In this document: positions 24,101-37,622 of the stretch, piece by piece | Numbering within the stretch: position 1 is the first letter of the stretch | Layout of the letters: each line of letters opens with the position of its first letter | NCBI RefSeq assembly: GCF_037042905.1 | Contig: NC_087245.1 | Span: 6,016,001-6,080,000, forward strand | Reading direction: 5' to 3' | Length of the DNA stretch: 64,000 nt | Source: Lytechinus pictus | Taxonomy: Eukaryota | Made by a program: the position numbers and the translations under genes | Notes under the pieces: model-generated | Database searches by the model: none | The model's input: the letters and a program-made list of their open reading frames with translations, nothing else | Told to the model about the DNA's origin: nothing

Positions 24101-26775
24101 AGAAATTTAGTTTAGGTTACACTTTCAAGACAGACATTATTAAACATTGCATTGCCAGGCAGCATTTTTAAGGAATTACTAAAAAGCATATAATTTGTCT
24201 TTTTAAAATTAAGTGATAATTTATTGGCTTGAACCCACAAGATAACATTCTTCAATTCACAATTCACTGTTTCTATCAGGGTTAGAGGATTCCTATGTGA
24301 AAAAAATAAAATACACTAGAATCATCAGCAAAGAAAATAAAGGATAATTTGTTTGATGAATTTTGAAAATCATTTATATACAGTATGAATAAGAGAGGTC
24401 CTAGAAGAGACCCCTGAGGTACACCACATGTAACAGTTTGCAAGCTGGAATTAATTCTATTCAAAGATACAAATTGTCTCCTGTCAGTGAGATAACTCCT
24501 AAACTACTCAAGGGCAACACCTCTCACTCCATAATGGGATAACTTATGTAGCAAAATTTTATGATCAACTGTATCAAAAGCCTTTGAAAAATCCAAGAAC
24601 ATACCAATTGTGCTCAAGTAATTATCCAAGGCAGTGGCAACCTTATCAACAAAGTGCAAAATGGCATGTGTAGTTGTATGCTTCTCGCGAAACCCAAATT
24701 GAAAATTCGAAAAGATATTTGACTTTTTAAAGAATTGTATGACCCTTGCATATATTTTTTGAAAAAGATGTCAACAAAGAAATTGGACGATAATTGGTCA
24801 ACAATTCAGGGTTGCCTTTCTTAAAAATTGGCACAACTTTTGCAATTTTCATGCTTCTAGGCACAATGCCATTTGACATTGTAAGATTAAAGATGTGAGT
24901 AAGAGGTGTCAAGATTCCTACAATAACATGTTTAATAAGTTCATTTTTAATATTATCACAGCCTGGGCTCTTTTTACTTTTGAGAGATCTAACCACATCA
25001 GTCAACTCTTCCTCACTTGTAGGCAAAAAAATAGATTTTCCAAAGTAGGCTCAGACAAGAAGTCAGCACAGGTTTTTTGACAGGGTGGAATAGTCGCCTG
25101 TAAATTTGGACCAATATTACAAAAATAATTGTTGAACTCTTCTACAATAACACTGTTATCATCCACAACTTGATCATTTATGATTACCTGTTTTATCTTT
25201 GAAACCTTAAGTGGCGCTTTAAAAACATTTCTGATCACTTTCCAGGTATCCTTAATATTATTAAATGTCGCTTGGAATTGAGCACAGTAATATTGCTTTT
25301 TTGCATTACGCAATGTAGCAGTTAAAGTATTTCTATATGCTGAATTTCCTATTCCCTTTCCTATACAAAAATGCTGACTTTGTTTTTTTATATTGGTAAT
25401 GCACCTTATTTTTCTTATTAATTGAGTTTAACAAAGATTTGGTAATCCACGGCATACGTGGAACTCTAAATCGACTCTTATTTGTACAATTAATCACAGG
25501 TACGCTCTCGTCATATAAAACCATTATTTTTTTCATGAAATTATCAAAGGCACTCTCTACACTTTGGTCTGAGAGTATGTCACTCCAATCAGCCGAAGTT
25601 AACGCTTCTCTGAGCCGAGCGATATTTTCAGAATTGCTTTGGCGAGTATGGGTGTTGTAAATATTTGGATCCTTATATTGTCCTAAAGCTAGTTTAGTAA
25701 AAACAGGAATGTGGTCAGATAAGTCAGAAATTACTACTCCACAAGACGGAGCTGGTTGCGAATTACTAAAAATATTATCAATAAGTGTGGAAGATGTATC
25801 AGTCACTCTGGTAGGCTTTGTGATTAAGGGTAACAATGAAAAAGACATTAACAGATTCAAGAAGTCATCAACGTGAACATTATCACTGCAGTGTAATAGA
25901 TTTATGTAAAAATCCCCCATCAAAAATAATGATTGATGAGAAAGCAAAGCTTTTTCCAATATATTTTGCATGTCATCTATAAAACTTGTGAAATTACCAT
26001 GGGGATGGTCTGTAGATTTCTCCAAGAACAACATTTCTTTTACCAGGAAGCAAAATTTCTATAAATACAGCTTCCAAATGATCGGTCATTAAATTAAGAT
26101 CATGACAAACCTGATAATCTAACTGAGAAGGGACATATATTGCAACACCACCACCTCTTTTATTTTTCCTATTATTACAAATTATATCATAACCAAGTCT
26201 CAGAGACGCCAATAGGGACAAGCCCTGGGTTGATATTACTACTGAATGCTAATACATTATCAAAGTTCTTACACAAGCTGCGAATATTCATATGGAGAGT
26301 TAGGTCAGTGCTCATTCTGGTATTACAAACTAATTCAAAAGACTGTTTTTCTGTGCAATAGTTACAATCAGGGACAGCATTATGCATGTTACCATTTATA
26401 CTACAGTGATTATCTTCAACAAAATTCAAATCATCTAGAACAAAGTAAATACTTAGTCTGAAGAAAAATTTAAAAATATACAGATATAACAAAAAGAATT
26501 TATAGCGACGCAATTGAACTGAATGAGTATTAATGATAAACAGTCGATTTCAGCAATCCATGGGTTGACAAAATGTTCTTTAGAACAGGATGATGATCTA
26601 GATGAGAACTGAGAATTCCTCAAAATAACTGCAAACAGTTCATTGATGGTGTGCAAACATTTCCACAGAAGTTAATGTTGTATTGCAGGTGGAGATAAAC
26701 TATGCTCTGACATGAAGTCTAGCCTGAAACTCAGAGTTCTGATCTGATGATGATCCTTGAGGAAACTGCCAGCTT

Positions 26776-26847
<72 letters not shown>

Positions 26848-27265
26848 TTGCACTATTCTGCAAGCTTCTAGTATTGTCTTTAAAAAGAGCATTCTCCTTC
26901 TTTCTTGAATATTCCAGTTCTAGAAGACTCTTGAATGACCTCAGTGAAATGAACAAAAATGAACAAAAATGTAGCTAATCATATTGACCCGTTTCCTAGC
27001 CAACAGTCTCTACTGTCTGCCAATCATTATTCTGTCTCATGCCTACATACCAAAGCTTAACTGAGACTCTCTGGAATATTCTTCAATCACATGCAATGAA
27101 TATCCTTAGAGAGAGAGAGAAAATGAATGGATGAATGAATGAAATTTCTCTTACAATTCTTACATACATCAATTGTTACATACCATTTGTATGTTCCCAT
27201 GGTAATTGCAAGATTCCAAAGAAGATTATTATACCCAAGTGTTTTCTCAACGCCATGCTTCCCAT
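14886..27265 (-). CDS. Type-I membrane receptor, SP-CUB-SRCR-like-WSC-Sushi-TM-tyrosine-motif tail, ~714 aa, 10 exons
   Basis: Exons 27265-27184, 22459-22115, 21161-20916, 20296-20219, 19996-19733, 19153-18923, 16812-16768, 16518-16428, 16062-15609, 15194-14886. All introns GT-AG with compatible phases; total 2145 nt, open. The 45-nt exon and the first exon are the least certain. Confidence 0.8.
15376..15604 (-). mobile_element. 5'-truncated LINE 3'-end fragment in a receptor intron
   Basis: Nearly identical to 56770-57006; (TTTA)n tail on plus. Confidence 0.9.
15609..16062 (-). CDS. Receptor cytoplasmic exon
   Basis: atgcag|A TAC GGA TAC continues the TM exon in phase 2; contains DVYTDI and RPLPDCP; donor CCT|gtacgt. 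Confidence 0.78.
16428..16518 (-). CDS. Receptor transmembrane exon
   Basis: cttcttag|..[21 protein letters not shown]|gtatgt. Confidence 0.8.
18323..18392 (+). mobile_element. Degenerate tRNA-derived SINE head
   Basis: GGTCTTGTGG A-box-like and GGTTCGATT B-box; does not fold as a full tRNA. Confidence 0.45.
18923..19153 (-). CDS. Receptor Sushi/CCP exon
   Basis: [10 protein letters not shown]...[16 protein letters not shown]...EC...WDKTIPEC; phase 1-1; not in the supplied ORF track. Confidence 0.88.
19733..19996 (-). CDS. Receptor WSC-like exon
   Basis: YRGCY...VDECIHKC...[10 protein letters not shown]...C; phase 1-1. Confidence 0.8.
20219..21161 (-). CDS. Receptor SRCR-like domain split over two exons (21161-20916, 20296-20219)
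   Basis: VRL...EGILEV...WIPVC...[10 protein letters not shown]...C; second exon LQQC...ASRLQC. Confidence 0.8.
22115..22459 (-). CDS. Receptor CUB exon
   Basis: [11 protein letters not shown]...WNITAP...[12 protein letters not shown]...YSG...[13 protein letters not shown]...GF; phase 1-1. Confidence 0.9.
23054..26500 (-). mobile_element. Decayed LINE (CR1/L2 group, Crack-like) in receptor intron 1
   Basis: Frameshifted APE-RT pieces ([50 protein letters not shown]) in ORFs between 26513 and 23495; 3'UTR to ~23054. 5' end uncertain. Confidence 0.9.
26776..26843. repeat. (TA)n microsatellite
   Basis: Direct reading. Confidence 0.95.
27184..27265 (-). CDS. Probable signal-peptide exon of the receptor
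   Basis: [28 protein letters not shown]|gtatgt; phase 1 matches the CUB exon. Confidence 0.65.
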
Positions 27266-28549
27266 GCAGAGGCATTCATTATAAGCTCGTATAAGAAGAC
27301 TTCGTTGTTTCAAAGTAATGATAATTGCTGGTGGCTGAGATTCAATTTCGATACTGTACTTAATAACCATATGCGGATGTGCAAAACTAGACACGATCGA
27401 TGATCGGTGGCATAACCTGGTATCCTCATCATGGGGCAGGCAACATGTAGTAATGTTTAATGGATATGGATACGGGTATATATGGATTATGGATGATTAT
27501 GTCTGGATTAATTGAGTAAGATATTAATGATGTTAATCTCCTTCCATTCAGATGATCCTCTCTATCTAGTTAAGGAAGAAGTTCTGTGTTTTTAAACATT
27601 GAAATATTAAACTAAATTTATTTCTATAATATTCGGGGACGATCCGGGGGTTTCGAAAACACTTTGCAATGGGTCATGCTTTCTAGTAATCATAGAAAGA
27701 ATTTGTCATAAGAAAGTGAATTGTACATTTGTGGGGAATATAGGGGGAGTTTTATTCATGTGGTCTACAAGCAGTTGGTCTTCTTCTATGATAGTCTTGA
27801 TACCACATGGGCTAAAACTATTTGATCTAGTTTCCGTTTGGTTTCACTAATCCTCATCTAATAACCACCAAGTCTAATTGCCGTTTTGTCTAATGCCCGA
27901 TGATTTTATTTCTATTTCGTCTGCCTTTGCATTTCGTCTCAGGAAAGTTGCAGAAAAACAGTTTATCTAATCATAAAGACGAAGTGGCGTTAGACCAATT
28001 GGATTTGAGACGAAATTGGCATACCCTAACTTGACATGCTGGATATTGGACAAGATGACATATGGACTATTTAAAAAAATTATTATTTGACATTGATCAC
28101 GTGGGATGAGACCAAACGGAAAGTAGACCAAGTGGCAATTTACCAATGTGTAAATGAGAGTTTGGATGTGTGTGAGGGTGACAGACTAAAGGATATTGAT
28201 ATGGTATGTCATTTAATGAAAAAGGGAAAAGCAATTAAATTTATGAGAATAATCTTTTTCTTTCGTTTACAAGTGGAAACAATGGAGTGGGTCTACAATG
28301 CCAAAGTTTATCACGGGATTATCAAAAATTGATAGCACATAAACCCAATAATGAATAAATACGGCCAGAAACGCACACGAATATTGGAAATATAACACTG
28401 GCAGATATTTATATTCATAAATGGTCATTCTCAAAACTATAGCATCCTTAATTTTGCAAAGTAATGTAATTCCATAAAAAATGAAGCTAGACAAAAATGT
28501 CTTGCCCATTGAGTACTTAAATAGTTAGCAGCAGTTGAATAGATAGATA

Positions 28550-29712
28550 GGGGAGATTGGGGTTAGTTGGAACGCGGGGTAAGTTGAAACATTGTAATTT
28601 TCTTTAACACCTTTAAATAAATTTTTGCAATACTGACCTCAATTTATTGCCATTATCAACAGCCATCCACCATATTACAGACAACACATGTGCAACAAAC
28701 CTGGTGAAGATAAAAAGGTATTTTTATTTTTTCACCTTTTGAGTAATTTTTTTCTCTTTCAGAAATGTTTTATTATCTCAGAGAAGTTCATAGATCAAAT
28801 TGGCCAGTTTGGGGTATAATAGACACTTGTACCAAGCTACAAAATAAGGTTATTGATATACCATGGTGCAGTCCCTTTTTGTGCTGTAAGCTTATAAATG
28901 TCAAATGGGCATCTGGGGTTAGTTAGAACAAAATTGAAGGGGTTAGTTGGAACATGTTCCAACAAAAGGTTTGACAAAAAAACAAAGAAATACAAATTTA
29001 AAAACAAAAATATATATAAGAAATTATATTTTTTGCAATTTTTTGTGGGTATTTGTTATAAATGTAAAAATTGATATTCTCACCAAAAATTAGCATTCTA
29101 CTAGTTTAATAAATAGAGATAAAGGCAAAAACATACAAAACAAAACACATTTAGGGCAAATTTCCTATGCTTATTTGCATAATTAAAAAATATAAACAAG
29201 TAATTTGTGTCATGTAGATTTGATGCAGAAGTACATGAAATTGCTGATAGTATTCTTAATTGCATAAAATCAAACGCACACAAATACGCATAATTATCCT
29301 ACACAGTCGGCTTGCGTGAGTGCCTGTATAATAGAATACATAAAGTTCAACAAATCCACTTTTAATATTTTGAATTTGAAAAAATAAAGCAAATAGGCTA
29401 AAACCATGTAATAATATACAATTGTAAGTAGTTTCAGTATAATTCTTAATTGAACATGCAGTGTTCCAACTTTAATACCCCATACCATGTTCCAACTTAC
29501 CCCGTATATGGGGTAAGTTGGAACGCTTGCGATGGTCTTGTTTGAGGTGGATTTTTTTTCAGGAACCATCATTCATAGAGTTAACAAATTTATGGGGTAC
29601 ATTTGAACCCCTTATATATGCTTCAAGCTGATGTATTGTTTCTCAATTAAAATCTATTTGGATTTTACAGCCATTTTTGTCAAAAATGTTCCAACTAACC
29701 CCGACCTCCATC
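28550..29712. mobile_element. Non-autonomous TIR element (Tc1/mariner-pogo-like)
   Basis: Imperfect TIR GGAG..GGGGTTAGTTGGAAC at both ends, flanked by TA; the GGGGTWAGTTGGAAC motif recurs internally in both orientations. Confidence 0.7.
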
Positions 29713-29835
29713 TAACACCTTCAAATTGATTCGAAAATTGTTCTGAATCTTCACCGAAATATACATAAATTGTAAACCATAAATCTTATCAAAGAGTTGA
29801 CGAATTATATTATATGTTAGGATCTAAAAATAAGA

Positions 29836-29958
29836 GGCGAGATAGCTCAGTCGGTAGAGCTGGTGACCTGGGTTCGATTCCCACTTGGTGTGCTAGTGCC
29901 CTTATGTGAGGATTGCATCTTCATTACCAGGTCCCTCGTAGAGGACCTTAATCCGTCG
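29836..29958 (+). mobile_element. tRNA-derived SINE fragment
   Basis: TAGCTCAGTCGG A box and GGTTCGATTCC B box with the anticodon arm missing, followed by a non-tRNA body. Confidence 0.65.
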
Positions 29959-31127
29959 CGACTTAGATAAGATCGATTTAGCCTTTATTTAAAAAAAATG
30001 CTAAGAACTTTATTCACTCAGTTATATAATTATGATACTGTCACATAGGAGTGACTTTTTAAAAAATTATTTACCTACTGCTACTAATTGACACCAAATA
30101 AGGAATACGTAAAACTGATAAATACCGTTATTAAAAGATTTAATCAAATCACTTCAATCATTGTTTTGCTTTCTTTTGATTTGTTTTACAATAATTGTAC
30201 ATGGAAATATATATGAATATTGATAACAAAATATAACTTAACTTAACAATAAATAGTTGACTCGAGCCCCCATCATCTCTTCTGGCCTGACATGCCCCAC
30301 TCGGCCCTGGAGGTTGGTCCAGTGAATGTATTCGACGTCTATCTCTGGTTATCTATTTTGTTCCTAAATGAGCACATTTGACCCCTTTTTATCTAATGGA
30401 TAATGTCTTCTTAGAGACTTTTCAGAATAAAGAACCTACTTCTAAGATTCTAACCGCTTTTAGTGTATTTTGGCTACCAATGAAAGTTTGTTGACCTTTC
30501 TCTGACCTTGTCTTGACCCTTAATATCTTCTGGATAAGGACCTCTGAAGATGAACTTATTAAAATCGAAAATAACAAAGTACACTCATGCAAAAAAGAAA
30601 AGAAAAAAAATATTAGTTTTCTTAACACCTTTAGTGTAATTTGTCATATAACGAAAGTTCGCTGACCTTTTGACATTTCCGGTCATAACTTCTTTAACGG
30701 GAGGTCAAGAGTATAGGGTTATGTACACTTTTTTTTGTTCAATATAACCATACAAACAATTTGATGTATGACTGGACACATTCGGGGCAATTCCAAAAAT
30801 TGACCCCATTTTGCCCCTCACATGGTCAAGATGACCATTAGATATTTGTCACCAAGTTGAAAGTTGTTCCTTGTGATGTCACCAATCACATAAAAGTGAA
30901 AAATCGGTCTTAGCCAATTTGTCGAAGTAGATAACAGATTATGCTGCCTGACTATAAGCGATGTATACGGTATTCAGAACGAGCAAAATGTCGGGTTCGG
31001 TTTTTTTTTTTAGTTTGGCAGAAGTTAGTCTATTTATGTAATGTAATCTTGTAATGCATACAATAAAAAAAAAACTCATACAATGTAAATTTCAGGATCT
31101 GATTTCTTCATATAATCTCGGTACCCT

Positions 31128-32336
31128 TCATAGTTTACAACACTTCATATTACAAGCCCAACGATCAAAAAGCAGAAAATGTCGAAATTTTCGCCGAAAG
31201 TGCACATTAGTGGCGGCATATATGAACGGGTTAATAAATGAAATGCACCACACGAGAGAATTTGTGATCTCCCAACTGAGCGTAGACACACAACTGTCAC
31301 CACAAATGGCATACATGATGGTGGTTACTTGGATAGGCAACCAACAGATCAGGAAACCTCCTACAAGAATGGCAAGGACAACAGCGGCTTTACGATGTCT
31401 TGCCAATGTTCTTTCCTTTGTTTCCGAAATGTTGCCTATTGCATTGTTACCTGATGTCCGTTCATTTGCCCTTCCTTCGATAGTGTCAGCGACTAGATTA
31501 GATGAGGTGGCGATCCGATCTTCCTCGTTTTGATTATTCAAAACATTTCCAGATTGAACGACATTTCTGTTCTCTGAAAAATGGGTGGATTGTTCCTGAT
31601 TTCTAGAAATGGATAGAGTCAGTTGGTTTGTAAGGGGGCTCGGTCCCACAATACCCTTCGATCGCCGTTTGATATTGACATATACGGCTATGTTCATGAT
31701 TAGCAAGGCTGTAAGCGGGATGAAGAACTCTAGAACATTCACGAGAACTGTTCCACCAAGGCTGTATGTAAATTCCATTTCACAGTTATAAGCATAATTT
31801 ACAGAAGACATCCCAGTTACTGGACTCCACGCAAATGCAAGTACAGTATACCATGTAAAAACAACTATCCAGATGCCAAGTACAATTAGTGTCACCCTTT
31901 TATTGGTCTGATACGTCTGATACTGGACCCCCATTGTCAATAGACAGTACCGGTCCCAACTAATGAGTACCATGGTCAAAACAGACACCACACTCACCGT
32001 ATAGTCCGTAATCAACCAAACCTTGCAAAGGACTTCACCAAATGACCAGTAACCTTTGATGAGCCATGTAAGATTAATTGGCCACATGAAAGCTCCTACG
32101 ATAAAATCAGTTACGGATAGATTTAAAATGAAGATATTAGCCACATTAGCACGGATGCGATTACTTCGGATATAAGCAGCATTCACCATGGTATTCCCCA
32201 ATACTGTCACGCATGCTATGATAGAAATAATCAAAGGAACTGTTGCCAACCAAACATTTGAGTTAGGTTTTTCATAGCTGTATTCATAAGAATAAGAAGT
32301 GCTCTCGGATGAATAATCATTCATATTTCGTGCCAT
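31128..32336 (-). CDS. Intronless class A aminergic GPCR, histamine H3-like, 402 aa
   Basis: Seven hydrophobic segments; GN (TM1), NLSVTD (TM2), CKVWLITDY with D3.32, SWDRY, LEFFIP (TM5 Glu as in H3/H4), CWLP, NPFIY. First ATG at 32336. Confidence 0.93.
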   Translation of the reverse strand: MARNMNDYSSESTSYSYEYSYEKPNSNVWLATVPLIISIIACVTVLGNTMVNAAYIRSNRIRANVANIFILNLSVTDFIVGAFMWPINLTWLIKGYWSFGEVLCKVWLITDYTVSVVSVLTMVLISWDRYCLLTMGVQYQTYQTNKRVTLIVLGIWIVVFTWYTVLAFAWSPVTGMSSVNYAYNCEMEFTYSLGGTVLVNVLEFFIPLTALLIMNIAVYVNIKRRSKGIVGPSPLTNQLTLSISRNQEQSTHFSENRNVVQSGNVLNNQNEEDRIATSSNLVADTIEGRANERTSGNNAIGNISETKERTLARHRKAAVVLAILVGGFLICWLPIQVTTIMYAICGDSCVSTLSWEITNSLVWCISFINPFIYAATNVHFRRKFRHFLLFDRWACNMKCCKL

Positions 32337-35300
32337 GATGGAAGTAATCCCCAAACCCAGATGCAGAAGAAAATATATGTCTTATGCAGTTGTTAAAGAT
32401 ATGTCTTCATAAATTATGCTTGTACAAAGTTTCGTTGACGACTTGACGTTGGCAGAAGAAAGTCCACACGAAATATTCAGACAGAGTCGTTGACAGTCAC
32501 AAAGACATGAAGTATGAACGAATACCATTGCTAGGTGAGAGGAAATGAAATATTAATGATGACCACTTTTACCACCAATTGCCACACCCGCTCTGACAGA
32601 ACAAGCTGCACAAGTTCAATCGTATATCGCGCACCCAATTCCATTCCTTATCACAACAAGGGTGTAGCCGTCTAATACCAATATTGCTAATTGGTACGTG
32701 CAGGGTTACATAATCTTAAATAGCCTTGACTGGTACCGAGATATGATTTGCATATTTCTTGATACCAACAAACATAACAAAAAATCAATAGTGTGGACAC
32801 AGAGTTAGGTTGCGCCATGGTAAAGGAATACTCATAACTTGAATTTTAGGGGGAGGGGAAAGCCTTATGTGTCAATTACTGTTCGTTCACCAATGTCGTC
32901 GTGTGTATGCGTGTGAGGGAGCTTGTGGGAGTAGGGATGCGGATAAGCCCGGGGATGAGCCTCCATAGCATTATTGAAAGTCGCTGAAAATAAATACTTT
33001 GATGACATGTAATGATAAATGACATATGACAATAAGTCAATTAGGTAAATATATTTCAAAGGATGAAAACTTGTTTAGTGACAGATCGTTAACTCATCAT
33101 AATACTGCGTGCAAGCAGTCATATTTACTTTGATGACAAGAAAAGCCAGTTAAAACCCAGATTTAGATAAAGGTGAGTGGTATTATTGATCGAAAGTCAG
33201 AAGAAATGGATATATCTCATGACAGGACAGCTATATTTGATTTGTTGATAATAATTTACATGATGTTAATAGGGAAATTTAGATGGTGTTATTATCAGTA
33301 TATGCCATGAATCCTTGATTTCCATTGTCGAAAAACAGCTTCTCATTCGTAATATACTTGTGATATGGGATTAATAGATGATATTCATAGGAGCCATGTA
33401 TCGATTTTTCAATCCGACATTCAAAATGTTGACTTTATCTTTCATATCCGGAAGTGTACACTACTGGACCAATTGGTATGAATGCATAGTTTTGTTTTAT
33501 TTTGCTAGATATCATAGGCTTCGGAGCAGAGGATTATCCGTTGTTCATGGGGGGTGGGGACATCTAATGTTGTGCCCCCCCCCCCTAAACACAAAATATA
33601 ATCCTGTGCTCCGCCACCCATGTCAGCAACCCTTAAACGAATGTTGATATGTGAAACTGTTGGATTTATTACTTCTTCACTGTTGACTAATACATTCTAA
33701 ATTTAAATTCCTAGTTCCCTCCCACGAGATGTACCACCCATTCAAATCAATCAAGTTAAACGAAAACTTAAATTTTAGCCTATTTTCATTGATTAAAGAT
33801 TATAAACATTGCAATTGATATATCACAGCGTTTTCGTTCATTTGTCTAGGATTGTGTCATTATTCATATGCTTTGTCTATTTTGCTATCTGATATCGTAA
33901 AATCGAACAATCATCATGATCATGATTTATGATCTCTTCTCTACTAGTCCCTTCATTTACTTCTTTATATCACTTTGTTAAATTTTGCGGTGGCTGTCCA
34001 GACAAATCCTCAAAGAGTTTTATAAGGCAGCAAAATTTCTTATCTAAATCATTTAATATTTATTTGAATATTTTATTTATATTTGATTTTACTAATTTCA
34101 TATGGAGTCAAAATAAGCAAAGTCGAATTGAACGGGAATTAATTATACCCAGATGAGATGCAGAAGGCGACCTTTCGAAATGTGTATAATCGTTTAGTTA
34201 AAATTAGAACATATTTCTATGATCCCGACTCCCGAGAAATTTGATTAAAGTAGTCTCATTTTAATTGGAATGTTTGATGTATATATTATTTACTTATTCG
34301 AATAAGAATATTTGAGGATGTGGATGTCGGTTATGTGTGGATGAGGATGTTTGTGGAACGTGGGTGGGTGTGTATATTTGTGTGAGAAAGGCAGCGTGTG
34401 GGAGTGTCTGTATGTGCAAATTCAAATAAAAAAAACGTGAATTCTACCGGTATATGATTTCTGTCAAACATGCATTTTTTATTCTAGAGCTCAAGCAAGA
34501 TACCTTCACTTAGTGTTGAGATGGAAATAACGCGAAAAATACATTAAATTTTGATTAAATTGTAATTTAAGGGTGCATTCTTTATTTACCCTCTCGTTTC
34601 ATTTAGATGAAGTTTATTGTGGGAGTTAAAAAGGAAAGGGGGAAGAAAAGCAATGTCAAGGTATTATTCTTATTGTGGGGCTCAGGCAGGGCGGCAGGAA
34701 GGAGCGTATACGTCAGGAATGTTATACATTATATTACTTTTATTTAAGTGATTAGTTTTACTTCATTCGGGGTGGCGTTTTCAGCTATATTTGATATTGA
34801 AAAAAAATGTGTGTGTTTGAGAGAGGGAGGGAAAGATGGATGGTGTGCTTGAGTGGGTTGGTATTTGTGAGAACATCTTGTGATCAAATATGTGTTTCGT
34901 TACTAGTAAATGTTTATGTATATTATTCGAAACCTCATTTTCATTTTCTTTTCGTTCTCTATACATGTATAATTAAAGATGAATACATATCGAAGGTTAG
35001 GATGGAAATGCAAATATTGCAAAAATTACATAAAAACAATTTTGTTGTGTTAGTATGTTATCAGAGCAGCTACATAGGAAAAAACATGGATCAAAATGTA
35101 AAGAGCATGGGGATGAAGGTTGCTTAATATTCGGAATTTAAACAAATCAGGGCAAACATTGTAGCTTACCTGAATTTCAAATTGGAGCAAATCTCTAGAG
35201 AGATGTCTCCCTAACTTTAAAAAAAGGATATGTCAATAAAACATTTGAAAGGTTGGAGGAGTGACATTTTCGAAATTTTGCATTTATCACTTTAAATAGT

Positions 35301-36557
35301 TCGATCATATTAGATTTCAGCTTTACATAAGGTTTGATATGACATTAGGAAAAGGTTTCCTCTCCAACCTTTCAAATGTTGATTTAACATTTCATTTTTA
35401 GAGAGTTCCAGAGCTTTGTAATTGACAGCATCAAACCTCTATGTTTGCTTTACCAAACAAAGATACAAAACTGAATACTCTCTTGTAAAAGAGCTGTCAA
35501 TATATACATTCATTGTCGTTTTCTTGTTCCATTGTAGACATCCGATTACAAGACCTTGATCTAGATATGTGCAATATGGCTTTATATAATAGTTTGATCA
35601 AAATATTAGGCGAATAGGCCCATCGTATGCATTCATCTTTCATAACGACAACTGATAAATAGTTGTCAGTACGATTTATAGAACTGATTCGAAAAATAAC
35701 CGTATATGAGCAACCAAGTCGGTTTTTTATTATGACATTTGAAAAGCATTTTGAGGAAGTGGAGCTCCATTCTAAAATAATCTAAAACCAATGAAGACAT
35801 ACCAATTTCTGATGGTTTCATAAATTTCTTTTCCTCCTCAAATTGTGTTCAATTGCATTTGTGGAGAACAAAAATAAGACAACTGTGATAAGATTGCTGA
35901 CGACGTGATCAAAAGCACTAAGTGGCTAAAATGATTTTATCAGTTTATTTGGAGTAGGGTGGATCTGCAATTTTTCCAAAATGGTTTTGTCTAAAGAAAC
36001 ATAGAAATAGCTATCATTGACTGAAATGACAAGTTAAAATGATAACATAATAATAAGTGGTCAAAAAAGAACTTGATAATAAAAGTAGACCAAATTCGAT
36101 TGAGTGGTTACAAATAAAAACTTTACATGTAAGTGGAGCAAAATTAAAATTGATCGTGGTCGGTGAGTTTATTATTCAGTGGATCTGAACTGAGCAATTA
36201 CGTATCATGTTTGATGCAATTTGATAGCAAATTCATATATGCATTACTCGCAATGGAGTGATAAACCGCAAACTCGATTTCATTATCTTGGCTACGCAGC
36301 TCCCCCCCCCCCTCCCCCACACACACACACATACACACACTCATTGAACATTCAACATTCACCCCGAATACAGATATCAGCAGTGGCACGAGTCTCCCTC
36401 TCTCCAGGTCTACTTTCTCACATTTCTCTCTCACTCCCCCTGGGTGTGTATAGATGGGTAATCCCTTCCCCTTTATATAGGCCTGCCTCTTTTTTCCCCT
36501 TATATCTGCTTCAGCAATTTTTGCCTTTTTCATGTTTGTCATACTCGCAATAAGAAA

Positions 36558-37369
36558 TTAAAGGAGAATGAAACCCTCGGAACAAGTTAGGTTAATTGTA
36601 TTAAATAGAAAATCGGAGGATAAGATCAATGAGAACAATTGGACAAACAATAAGAAAGTTATGCGCATTTGAATGTCGAAAACGGTAACGCTATGGAGAT
36701 CCTCCAATTGGCAACGCGACCAAGATTTGTGATGTCACAGGTCAACTCTCCCATTTGTACATTGAAAATATACCCCAAAACATATATTATTGCTCATTCT
36801 AATGATATCAAAAAACTCTTTTCCATGATGTATCTTATATGTTATATTCATCCCATTAAAATATATATCTGATCTATAGATAGACTTAATTGACAAAAAT
36901 GACAACTTAGGTGAAACATGTACAGTATAACAGTAATTGGGGAGTTGTAAAAGTTTGACATAAAGCCTACTGAACTCCCTACTTTTTGATGCAGCTGGAT
37001 TACCCGTTACAGGTAAGAAAATTGTGCACCCCCTTCCATCCATTTATCTGAAGAGCACTGCATACTAGGTCAATAGTTCTAGATTGATTTAAGGAACGGA
37101 AGACTAGTTAACTCCCGCTTCCTCATGCACATGCACTCAGCCTTAGCCCTACGCTGTGACATCCGGGAGCTAGTCTAAATGCTTATAGGGTGACGTGCCA
37201 GTTCATTTTCACTAACTTACATCATTACAGTGCATTAAGTAACGAAGTAACTCCTTTTATTCTCTGTTGGAATTTCTCTATGCCATAGGAAAACGAGAAA
37301 GGGGTAAGTCCTTTGCAACAAAAGACTCTAACGTTTGAAAGAATGTTGGTTTCACAGATTTCATTTAAT
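36558..37369. mobile_element. Probable TTAA-flanked non-autonomous DNA element (Kolobok-like)
   Basis: TTAAAGGAGAATGAAACC at left; degenerate GGTTTCAC...ATTTAA at right. Confidence 0.45.
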
Positions 37370-37581
37370 ACCCGGTGAATTCGGACCTAAATTATTATCC
37401 GCAACTCATTCACAAAATGCAGTAGCAGGTAGGCCCGATGAACGGGATAATTTGTAGGTATGTCCCGTCGATTACTGTCACCAGCGGAAATCACTTTCTA
37501 AAACTCAGCAACTCACCAAAGATCGAACCTCATGGTGATGATGCTGCAAACTAAAAAGTTTAATAGTTGATTTCAACCAAC

Positions 37582-37619
<38 letters not shown>

Positions 37620-37622
<3 letters not shown>

